Virus record (IMG/VR): IMGVR_UViG_3300045993_000138
Direction: 5' to 3' (one strand)
Length of the DNA: 41,727 bases
Origin: a virus
Lineage: Duplodnaviria > Heunggongvirae > Uroviricota > Caudoviricetes
The notes beneath the pieces are model-generated. The model was not told where the DNA came from. It was given only the letters and a program-made list of their open reading frames with translations, and made no database searches. Shown here piece after piece: positions 1 through 9,400 of the stretch; position 1 is the first letter of the stretch; every line of letters begins with the position of its first letter. Made by a program: the position numbers and the translations under genes.

Positions 1-1
1 T

Positions 2-706
2 GTAAACTCTCCAACCATAAGTGTTTCTGTTGGTGCTGGATCTCTTGGCAATGCTAACATATCTTTTGCAGTAGTTGGTGGATCTGCTCAAGGTATTCAA
101 GGAACTAGAGGTAATAGTGTTCAAGGAACTTCTGGAACTAGTGTTCAAGGAACCAGAGGTATTCAGGGTGCTGATGGCGGCGGCGGTGGCGGTGGAGGCT
201 CACAGGGTGTTCAAGGAACTCTCGGAGCAACAGGTCCACAAGGAACATCAGGTGGTGGAGGTGGTGGAGGTGGTGCGCCAAATCTAAGACATGTAAGTGG
301 TGGATACACATCTGGTGGAGAAGTTTTTGTTGCCACAGCAACACCAACTGCAAACAATGTCGGTGACGTTTGGTTCGATCTAAATGCTACTGCCGGATTT
401 AGTGGAACTCTAGCTGCTTCTGGATGGACAAAACTACCAAATGGAATGAAAATGGCATGGGGAACCGTCACATGTTCTCTAACTGGTGGAGCTTCATTCT
501 CTTATGCTTCTGGAGTCGCATTCACGACAGTATACAACATTCAATTAACGGCAGTTAACTCAGCTAATAGTGCTGCCGGAAATTACGATTTCTGGGCACA
601 ATTGGTCAGTTTCAATTCTTCAACATTCAACGCAATGCTACAAGGTGACTCTAGTACTGGTACTCCTTCAACTGCAACAGTACACTATCTAGCGATTGGT
701 GTTTAA
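2..706 (+). CDS. C-terminal part of a collagen-like tail/neck fibre protein (5' end outside window)
   Basis: Frame 2 is open from position 2 (VNSPTISVSVGAGSLGNANISFAVVGGSAQGIQG...) through Gly-X-Y and poly-Gly segments into GWTKLPNGMKMAWG...VHYLAIGV, a common phage fibre C-terminal domain. The listed ORF 446..706 is only its last 86 aa. Confidence 0.8.
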   Translation, partial: VNSPTISVSVGAGSLGNANISFAVVGGSAQGIQGTRGNSVQGTSGTSVQGTRGIQGADGGGGGGGGSQGVQGTLGATGPQGTSGGGGGGGGAPNLRHVSGGYTSGGEVFVATATPTANNVGDVWFDLNATAGFSGTLAASGWTKLPNGMKMAWGTVTCSLTGGASFSYASGVAFTTVYNIQLTAVNSANSAAGNYDFWAQLVSFNSSTFNAMLQGDSSTGTPSTATVHYLAIGV

Positions 707-1201
707 ATGTCAGTCAGTCGTATATGGGATGGATCAGCATGGACACCACCATTTTACAAATATCCTAAGATTTGGAATGGATCAACTTGGGTTTATGCAA
801 ATCCAAAGATCTGGAGTGGAACTGCGTGGGAAGATTATAGAGTTCTAGATACTCAATCGGTCACTATTGGTGAAAGTAGTGGTACTACCAAAGTGTCTGT
901 TTGGGATAATAGAGGATTTGGAACTGGAGCGCATTTTTCTGGAAGTATATCTTCTGGAGTTTCTGCGATTTATGGAAGTGCAATTACTTCGGCATATAGT
1001 GATCTAGTTAATGGCATATTCAAACTTTCTATCACAGGATCCACTAATACTGGATGGACTTATCTTGTTTTTGGTGGAAATTTTGACAATAAATTGAGCA
1101 GATCTTCTGCATCTTTCTCTTCGTCTAGTTGGTCTTGGACAACATCAGACCCATTTGCATCTTACGCAAATGGGGCTACAGTAGCGGTAGAATTCGTTTA
1201 A
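707..1201 (+). CDS. Fibre-associated protein or putative adhesin with three N-terminal W-rich repeats
   Basis: ATG directly follows the fibre stop. N-terminus has RIWDGSAW / KIWNGSTW / KIWSGTAW, then a Ser/Gly/Trp-rich domain. Confidence 0.6.
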   Translation: MSVSRIWDGSAWTPPFYKYPKIWNGSTWVYANPKIWSGTAWEDYRVLDTQSVTIGESSGTTKVSVWDNRGFGTGAHFSGSISSGVSAIYGSAITSAYSDLVNGIFKLSITGSTNTGWTYLVFGGNFDNKLSRSSASFSSSSWSWTTSDPFASYANGATVAVEFV

Positions 1202-1219
1202 CACCCAATACCCCTGTGA

Positions 1220-1227
1220 TATAAATA
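1220..1227 (+). promoter_or_regulatory. T4-type late promoter (gp55 sigma)
   Basis: Exact TATAAATA in the intergenic space 36 nt upstream of ATG 1264. Confidence 0.8.
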
Positions 1228-1263
1228 GACTTTGTAATACCAAACTATTATGGATATCATAAA

Positions 1264-1599
1264 ATGGGCGCATATTCAGACCTTTGCATCGATCAAGGGA
1301 CCGATTTCGAGACAGATTTAGACCTTATCGCGGATGACGGAACCACGATAAATGTGCATGGCTACGTCTTCAATGGTCAAATTCGAAAGGCTTATACATC
1401 AGCAAATACTAGTGCATCTTTTTTATTCAATACTGCTGATGCCAACAATGGTAATGTAACGGTTTGGATGGATAGTGCTAATACAGCAAACATTCCATAC
1501 GGTCGTTACGTATATGATATAAAAATGACAGATTTGCGTAATATAACAACCAGAGTTGTCGAAGGAATTCTAACAATCAATCCGAGCGTTTCAAGATGA
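1264..1599 (+). CDS. Small virion structural protein, possible fibre adaptor
   Basis: Pattern IDQGTDF...GQIRK...GRYVYDI...RVVEGILTINPSV recalled from structural genes of environmental T4-like phages. Follows a late promoter. Confidence 0.6.
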   Translation: MGAYSDLCIDQGTDFETDLDLIADDGTTINVHGYVFNGQIRKAYTSANTSASFLFNTADANNGNVTVWMDSANTANIPYGRYVYDIKMTDLRNITTRVVEGILTINPSVSR

Positions 1600-1835
1600 A
1601 AGTAGTTCTTTCAAACAAGTCCAAAGTTGGTCTTGGGAAAGTTGTTGTTGATACGCATAACAAAATCGCCAAAGTCAATTTTACCAAGGCTCCAGTGGCA
1701 GGACCACTTGGCTTAGGAGATCTTAATAATGTGAATGTATCTGGTCAACGTAACGGAGATGTTCTAGTATTTAATGCAAATACTAATTCTTACATCATTG
1801 AGACTCTTCCAGATATTGATGGTGGAATATTCTAA
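1596..1835 (+). CDS. Small fibre-associated structural protein
   Basis: ATGA overlap with the upstream gene. LGDLNNVNV...NGDVLVFN fibre-type motif and terminal IDGGIF. Confidence 0.55.
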   Translation: MKVVLSNKSKVGLGKVVVDTHNKIAKVNFTKAPVAGPLGLGDLNNVNVSGQRNGDVLVFNANTNSYIIETLPDIDGGIF

Positions 1836-1838
1836 ACC

Positions 1839-4800
1839 ATGACTCAGAACACAATCATTCAGATAAAAAGATCTACCGCTAATGCTGCACCAAATTCTCT
1901 TGCATATGGTGAACTAGCATATTCTTTTGCGGCTAACACTCTTTACATCGGTGATTCAAATTCTGTTCCAGTTCAAGTAGCATCGACAGTCGAGGTTGTC
2001 GGTGATGCCTATGACACTGCCAACAGTGCAGCCAACACTGTTTCTGTATATCAAGACGGTGCGAATGCACTATATGCACAACATCTAAATTTTAGAAATA
2101 CATCTTCCATAGTTGTAAGTGTGGTTCCAGGGTCTGGACCATTCTCTGGAAATGCAAATATATCCTTTGATTATATCGGAGCAGTTCAGGGAACCACAGG
2201 AGCGCAAGGTACTCAAGGTACTTCTGGAGCGCAAGGTGTATTTGGTACTCAGGGTGTTACTGGTGCGCTACAAGCATGGGCATTAAAGACTGCTGATTAC
2301 ACTGCCGTCGATGGTGATAGAATCATTGCAGATACTTCATCTGGTTCATTCACTGTAACACTTCCATTAAATCCAACTAGTGGTGCATATATCCAAATTA
2401 CCGATGGTAATATGTGGAGTGCAAATAGTTTGTTCATTGCAAGAAATGGTTCTACAATAGAACACATTTCAGATGACATGAGAATTGATATTACCGGAAT
2501 TACTGTCGAACTTATTTTCAACGGTAATCCATCTGTTAATACTTGGGAAGTAACTGCAACCACTGGTGTTCAAGGTGTTCAGGGACCAACTGGTTCTGGC
2601 GCACAGGGAACTCAAGGTGCTGGTTCACCAGGAACTCAAGGATCACAGGGAACTCAGGGTGCCGGGACGGCAGGTACACAAGGTGTTCAAGGTCGAGCAG
2701 GATCTGCACAAGGTACACAAGGTACTCTTGGTGTAACAGGTTCGCAAGGTATAACTGGTGCAGGAGTACAAGGCGTTCAAGGTACTATCGGTATTCAGGG
2801 AACCATTGGCACTCAAGGTGTTCAGGGTCTTACTGGTTCTGGTACTCAAGGATCACAAGGAACTCTCGGCACACAAGGATCCATTGGATCACAAGGTGTT
2901 CAGGGTCTTACTGGTTCTGGTACTCAAGGAACGCAAGGCGTTCAGGGAATGCAAGGAACTCAGGGCAGACAAGGCACTCAAGGTGCAACTGGTGCTGGAG
3001 TACAAGGTACTCAAGGAACTCTAGGAACTATTGGTACACAAGGAACACAAGGTCTTACAGGTGCGGGTACACAAGGTACTCAGGGAACTATTGGTACACA
3101 AGGTTTACAAGGTACATTTGGAACACAAGGTCTTACTGGTTCTGGAACACAAGGTGTTCAAGGAACTCAGGGTGCTGGAACTGCTGGTACTCAAGGAACT
3201 CAGGGTGCAACTGGAAGTGGTTCACAAGGCACTCAAGGAACTCTCGGTGTTCAAGGATTTACTGGAACAGGAATACAAGGCACTCAAGGTGCAACTGGTG
3301 CTGGTGTACAAGGAACACAAGGGACTCTAGGTGCGACTGGATTACAAGGAACTCAGGGTCTTACCGGAACTGGATCACAAGGAACGCAAGGTGTTCAGGG
3401 TGAAAAGGGAACACAAGGATCTCAAGGAACTCTTGGAGTTCAGGGACTCACTGGAACAGGTTCACAAGGAACACAGGGTTCTCAAGGAACTCTTGGAACA
3501 ACCGGAACACAAGGCACTCAAGGTGCAACTGGTGCAGGAACACAGGGAACTCAAGGACTTACAGGAACTGGTTCACAAGGTGTTCAAGGACTTACTGGAA
3601 CTGGTTCGCAGGGAACACAAGGTGTTCAAGGTGAAAAGGGAACTCAAGGCACACAAGGAACACTTGGAACCACTGGTTCTCAAGGCACACAAGGAACATT
3701 AGGTACCTCTGGATCGCAAGGATCGCAGGGAACTCTAGGAGCAACAGGATCGCAGGGAACTCAGGGTCTAACTGGTGCAGGAACACAGGGAACTCAAGGT
3801 ACATTAGGTTCTTCTGGATCTCAAGGAACACAAGGACTTATTGGAACTGGCTCACAAGGTGTTCAAGGAACACAAGGTGCTGGTACTGCCGGTACACAAG
3901 GAACACAAGGTCTTACTGGTTCTGGTACACAAGGAACACAAGGAACACAGGGAACTCTAGGTGCGACTGGATTACAAGGAACTCAGGGTCTTACCGGAAC
4001 TGGATCACAAGGTGTTCAGGGAACTCTTGGAACAATTGGTTCGCAAGGTACTCAGGGTTTAACTGGTGCAGGAACACAGGGAACTCAGGGTGCGGGTTCT
4101 GTAGGAACTCAAGGTACACAAGGTGCTATTGGATCACAAGGTCTAACTGGAATTCAGGGATCACAAGGTGTCCAAGGACTTACTGGTGCGGGAGTGCAAG
4201 GAACTCAGGGTACACTTGGATCAACAGGATCTCAAGGAACTCAGGGTCTTACTGGAACCGGAACTCAAGGTCTACAAGGAACACTTGGAACAACTGGATC
4301 GCAAGGTGTTCAAGGAACTCTAGGTGCAACTGGATCTCAAGGTACTCAGGGAACATTGGGTGCTACTGGTTCACAGGGAACTCAAGGTCTTACAGGAACT
4401 GGTACACAAGGCACTCAAGGTCTTACAGGAACTGGTACACAGGGAACTCAAGGATTGACTGGAACTGGAACACAAGGTGTTCAAGGAACACTCGGTGTCT
4501 CTGGATCACAAGGTACTCAAGGTCTGACTGGAACAGGAACACAAGGTACCCAAGGAACAATTGGTGTAACAGGTTCGCAAGGAACTCAGGGTACAACTGG
4601 AACTGGAACACAAGGAACTCAAGGTCTAACTGGAACCGGATCACAAGGCGTTCAAGGTGCAACTGGTGCAGGAGTGCAAGGAACACAAGGTCTGACTGGA
4701 ACTGGTTCACAAGGAACACAGGGTGTTGCTGGTGCAGGAACTCAAGGTGTTCAAGGAACAACTGGTGACACCGGATCACAAGGCACTCAAGGTGCGTCTG

Positions 4801-6461
4801 GAACTGGATCACAAGGATCACAAGGAACTCAGGGTCTGACTGGAACCGGAACACAAGGAACTCAAGGTCTAACTGGAACCGGAACACAAGGAACTCAAGG
4901 TCTAACAGGTGCAGGAACACAAGGAACACAAGGTCTGACTGGAACTGGTTCACAAGGAACACAGGGTGTTCAGGGTCGTATAGGAACACAAGGACTTACA
5001 GGTGCAGGTACCCAAGGCACTCAGGGTACAATTGGAACCGGAACACAAGGTACTCAAGGTGCAACTGGTGCAGGAACACAGGGAACTCAAGGTCTTACTG
5101 GAACAGGATCACAGGGTGTTCAAGGTGTTGCCGGTGCAGGAACACAGGGTGTTCAAGGAACTGTAGGAGGTGTCGGACCTAGTGGAAACGTTGTTCCATA
5201 CGCAGACGCAACTGGTACAGATACGATCACTGCAACTTACAGTCCAGCACTGGCATCATTGTATGATGGGCTGTTCGTACTATTGGATTCGGCAGGAAAC
5301 AATACTACAACTACACCAACATTCAATCCAAATGGACTCGGTGCTAAAACCATTACGAGAGATGATAATACTCCACTAGTTGTTGGTGATACCGGACCAA
5401 CTGGTTATGTAATGCAACTAGTTTACAACACTGTTTCTGGTGGTACTTGGAGATTAATGAATCCAGAATTTACGGATGCGTCCGGTAATACAAACGAAAT
5501 TCAAATTAATTTTGGTGGAGTTCTTGCTGGAGATCCTGATCTTACTTTTGATACTGGAAATAATATTCTAATAATCGGAAAGACTGGATCATCTCTTAAT
5601 ACTGGTATCAACTTATATGCAGCAAACACGCAGCCACCAACTCCAGCAACAAATACTATAACATTATTCGGAAGGAGTATTGCAGGAAGAGTGTTACCAT
5701 CTTGGGTTGGACCTTCTGGATTAGATTCACCAGTACAACCATTTTTTGGTCGTAATCATGTCGGATATATGCACTGGACTGGAAACGGAACTGGTGCTGC
5801 AAACACTATTGGTATTTTACCTCCTACAATGGCAGGAACTGCAACCGCAAGAACCGTATTGGCAACCACTTTATATCATTCACTAAGACGTATTGGATAT
5901 CTTTCAACTGCCGTTGCTGGTGGTGCATGTTCATTGCGTGTTGCTACAGCAAGTTGGTTGAGAGGAAACACTACTGGTCAAGGCGGATTTACTTTCGTTT
6001 CACGTTTTGGAATTTCTGATCCAGCACCAGTCACAAATGCAACGATGTTAATTGGACTTTCTGCAACTACTACTGCATTGTCTAACACTAACAATCCATT
6101 GACAATTCAAAATTTTATTGGAATTGGTCAGGTACCAAGTTCTAACAATCTTTCTATCATAGGAAATGCAACAAACACTAGTGCTCTTATCATAGACACT
6201 GGATTACGTTGCAACGTAGGAAACGTAAACGTTTGGGATTTTTCGATGTTCGCTGCCCCAAACTCAAATACAATCGGAATTCAAATTATGGATATGACTA
6301 ATCCTACATTGAATACGTATTCTACGGTGTTGTCAAATACTGGTGTGAATATGCCATTCGGAAATACATTGTTAACAGTACAACAATTCAGAACAAATAA
6401 CTCTGCTGCTCAGGTTGTAGGATTGGATTTCATCAGTTTGTATATTGAAACTGATCTATAA
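1839..6461 (+). CDS. Collagen-like fibre protein, 1540 aa
   Basis: N-terminal IQIKRS...LAYGELAYS...LYIGD attachment-type domain. KTADYTAVDGDRIIADTSSGSFTVTLP domain resembling T4 gp9/gp34-type repeats. GTQ/GSQ/GVQ repeat at about 2560-5185, then a globular C-terminal region. Confidence 0.85.
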   Translation: MTQNTIIQIKRSTANAAPNSLAYGELAYSFAANTLYIGDSNSVPVQVASTVEVVGDAYDTANSAANTVSVYQDGANALYAQHLNFRNTSSIVVSVVPGSGPFSGNANISFDYIGAVQGTTGAQGTQGTSGAQGVFGTQGVTGALQAWALKTADYTAVDGDRIIADTSSGSFTVTLPLNPTSGAYIQITDGNMWSANSLFIARNGSTIEHISDDMRIDITGITVELIFNGNPSVNTWEVTATTGVQGVQGPTGSGAQGTQGAGSPGTQGSQGTQGAGTAGTQGVQGRAGSAQGTQGTLGVTGSQGITGAGVQGVQGTIGIQGTIGTQGVQGLTGSGTQGSQGTLGTQGSIGSQGVQGLTGSGTQGTQGVQGMQGTQGRQGTQGATGAGVQGTQGTLGTIGTQGTQGLTGAGTQGTQGTIGTQGLQGTFGTQGLTGSGTQGVQGTQGAGTAGTQGTQGATGSGSQGTQGTLGVQGFTGTGIQGTQGATGAGVQGTQGTLGATGLQGTQGLTGTGSQGTQGVQGEKGTQGSQGTLGVQGLTGTGSQGTQGSQGTLGTTGTQGTQGATGAGTQGTQGLTGTGSQGVQGLTGTGSQGTQGVQGEKGTQGTQGTLGTTGSQGTQGTLGTSGSQGSQGTLGATGSQGTQGLTGAGTQGTQGTLGSSGSQGTQGLIGTGSQGVQGTQGAGTAGTQGTQGLTGSGTQGTQGTQGTLGATGLQGTQGLTGTGSQGVQGTLGTIGSQGTQGLTGAGTQGTQGAGSVGTQGTQGAIGSQGLTGIQGSQGVQGLTGAGVQGTQGTLGSTGSQGTQGLTGTGTQGLQGTLGTTGSQGVQGTLGATGSQGTQGTLGATGSQGTQGLTGTGTQGTQGLTGTGTQGTQGLTGTGTQGVQGTLGVSGSQGTQGLTGTGTQGTQGTIGVTGSQGTQGTTGTGTQGTQGLTGTGSQGVQGATGAGVQGTQGLTGTGSQGTQGVAGAGTQGVQGTTGDTGSQGTQGASGTGSQGSQGTQGLTGTGTQGTQGLTGTGTQGTQGLTGAGTQGTQGLTGTGSQGTQGVQGRIGTQGLTGAGTQGTQGTIGTGTQGTQGATGAGTQGTQGLTGTGSQGVQGVAGAGTQGVQGTVGGVGPSGNVVPYADATGTDTITATYSPALASLYDGLFVLLDSAGNNTTTTPTFNPNGLGAKTITRDDNTPLVVGDTGPTGYVMQLVYNTVSGGTWRLMNPEFTDASGNTNEIQINFGGVLAGDPDLTFDTGNNILIIGKTGSSLNTGINLYAANTQPPTPATNTITLFGRSIAGRVLPSWVGPSGLDSPVQPFFGRNHVGYMHWTGNGTGAANTIGILPPTMAGTATARTVLATTLYHSLRRIGYLSTAVAGGACSLRVATASWLRGNTTGQGGFTFVSRFGISDPAPVTNATMLIGLSATTTALSNTNNPLTIQNFIGIGQVPSSNNLSIIGNATNTSALIIDTGLRCNVGNVNVWDFSMFAAPNSNTIGIQIMDMTNPTLNTYSTVLSNTGVNMPFGNTLLTVQQFRTNNSAAQVVGLDFISLYIETDL

Positions 6462-6464
6462 ATA
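6457..6464 (+). promoter_or_regulatory. T4-type late promoter
   Basis: Exact TATAAATA overlapping the upstream stop codon, 24 nt before ATG 6489. AGGAA lies in between. Confidence 0.8.
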
Positions 6465-6488
6465 GAAAGAAACAGGAACGATTTCTAA

Positions 6489-9400
6489 ATGACATTTCCA
6501 ATCGAGCAAGTATTAGCCAGCCAATTACCTCCCGGCGCACAAGGTGTGCAGGGTGTTCAAGGTATTGGAGCGACTGGTGCACAAGGTATTGCTGGATCTG
6601 GTATCGTAATCAAAGGAAGTGTTCCAACATTTACTTCACTTCCTGGATATCCAAGTTCTTATGTTGGTTCTGCTGGTGATTCTTACATCGCAATTGACAA
6701 TGGACATCTTTGGGTTTGGAGTGGATCTCTTTGGGTTGATGGTGGAAACATCTCAGGTCCACAAGGCGCACAAGGATCCATTGGACTGACTGGATCACAA
6801 GGTGTTCAAGGTGCAATTGGAATTCAAGGTTTCACTGGAACTCAAGGAGCATTTGGTACACAAGGTGCAGTCGGCGCACAAGGTACACAAGGCACTGTTG
6901 GTTCACAAGGATCTCAAGGAACATTTGGTGTACAGGGTTCAGTTGGAACACAAGGTTCTGTTGGATTGCAAGGAACTCAGGGAACAACAGGTTCACAAGG
7001 TCTAACTGGTACCCAAGGTTCATTCGGCACGCAGGGAACACAAGGCACTCAAGGTGCGACTGGATCACAAGGATCGCAGGGTACAACTGGAACACAAGGT
7101 TCGTTCGGCACACAAGGCACTCAAGGTGCAACAGGATCACAAGGAACTCAGGGAACAACAGGATCTCAGGGATCTCAGGGTGTTCAAGGTTCATTAGGTG
7201 TCACAGGATCACAAGGTACTCAGGGAACTGTTGGATCACAGGGAACCATTGGTACTCAGGGAACACAAGGTGTCCAAGGTGAAAAGGGAACACAGGGAAC
7301 TGTTGGTTCACAAGGAACATTCGGAACTCAAGGATCACAAGGTGTTCAGGGTGAAAAAGGAACACAGGGAACTCAGGGCACATTAGGTGCAACTGGTTCT
7401 CAAGGTATTCAAGGAACTCTTGGAACAACAGGTTCACAAGGTTCACAAGGAACTCAAGGTGCTGTAGGATCTCAAGGAACAACTGGTTCACAAGGATCTC
7501 AAGGTGTCCAAGGTGAAAAAGGAACTCAAGGTCTACAAGGAACACTTGGCACTCAAGGTATCGTTGGTTCACAAGGATTACAAGGAACACTTGGAACACA
7601 AGGTCTTACTGGATCTGGTACACAAGGAACACAGGGTACTATTGGATCACAAGGTCTGCAAGGAACATTCGGAACACAAGGTCTTACTGGAACTGGCGCA
7701 CAGGGTGTTCAAGGAACTCTTGGTGTTCAAGGTATTCAAGGAACACAAGGTGTTGGAACTCCCGGTACACAAGGTATTCAAGGAACACAAGGTGCGGGTA
7801 CTGCCGGTACTCAAGGTACACAAGGTGCAACAGGTGCAGGTTCTCAAGGTACACAAGGAACACTAGGTTCTACTGGATCACAGGGAACACAAGGTCTAAC
7901 TGGATCTGGAACTCAAGGTACACAAGGAACCTCTGGTGTTAATGGTTCACAAGGATCACAAGGTCTAACTGGAACTGGTACACAAGGAACACAAGGTCTA
8001 ACTGGTACTGGAACTCAGGGCACACAAGGGACTCTTGGTGTTCAGGGTCTTACTGGAACGGGAGTACAAGGAACACAAGGTGCAGGTTCTGTAGGCACAC
8101 AAGGGTCGCAGGGAACATTCGGTATTCAAGGAACTCAGGGTGCCGGAACTGCTGGTACACAAGGTGTTCAAGGAACTCTAGGTTTACAGGGAACACAAGG
8201 TGCTGGATCTGCCGGAACACAAGGAACTCAGGGCACATTAGGTGCAACTGGTTCACAAGGAACTCAGGGTGTTCAAGGTGAAAAGGGAACTCAAGGATCA
8301 CAAGGTGTTCAAGGAACACTTGGAGCAACTGGTTCACAAGGTGTGCAGGGTACATTAGGTGCAACAGGATCACAAGGTGTGCAGGGTATTCAGGGTGAAA
8401 AAGGAACCCAAGGTACATCTGGTTCACAGGGAACTCAAGGTTTAATTGGTCCGACTGGTGGTGCCAATACTCAAATATTGTTTAACAATAATGGTATTGC
8501 CAATGGATCTCCATATCTAACATATAACATTGCATCAAACACCATGACATTTGGTGATAAAGCATTTTTCCAGAGTTCTGGGGCAACCGATTATTCATTG
8601 GGAATTTATGGCGCTCTAAAAGTTGGATTAACTATTCCACCAAATGATGCACCAACCAACGTAAATGATATAGAAATTAGTTATGATTATATTGCTAGTA
8701 CTACTGATACTGGAATAGCAAATTTCAATCTAAGAGGTCCGGGTGGGATCGGTAATGCTACTGGTCAATCATACATGAATTTCAGTGTGAATAGCACGGT
8801 TGGAATGTCCCTTTTTGGTGGCGCAGTAATATTTCCAGGATCATTCTCTGCTGCGACTGGATCTTTCACAGTAGAACCTTCTGTAACTGGTCCAGCACTC
8901 ACATTATATGAAACAAATTATGCTGGTCCACCAAATAATTTAAACACCACATATCCGTGGATGATCAACAAGTATGAAATGATCACAGTGCAGAATGGTT
9001 CTGCTACATTCTATTTCGATGGTTCTGCTGCCAATACAGCACCAGTAAATATTTGGAATGATACTCTCGGAACTGGTATATCCAGATTCTTAAATTTCTA
9101 TGTTGCTGCACAAGGCGCACAAGCGGGTTGGAATATTGCAGCGGGATATATCGGAGCAAACTCAAGAAACTTTACACAGTTACAGGTAAGCGGTAATAGT
9201 GGTGTTGCCTTGATGGCAAACGGAAACTATGTACTGAACGTTTCTGCAACTGGCGTCACGATAAAGACTGTATCTGGAACTGGAACTGCACTTACAGTTA
9301 CTGGTAATACTTCGACAGGAAATCTTCTTGCAACTACTGGTGTTGTAAATGCAAAAACGTTCGTGACTGTTTCTGGAATGGATCTTGCTAACTCGATTAA

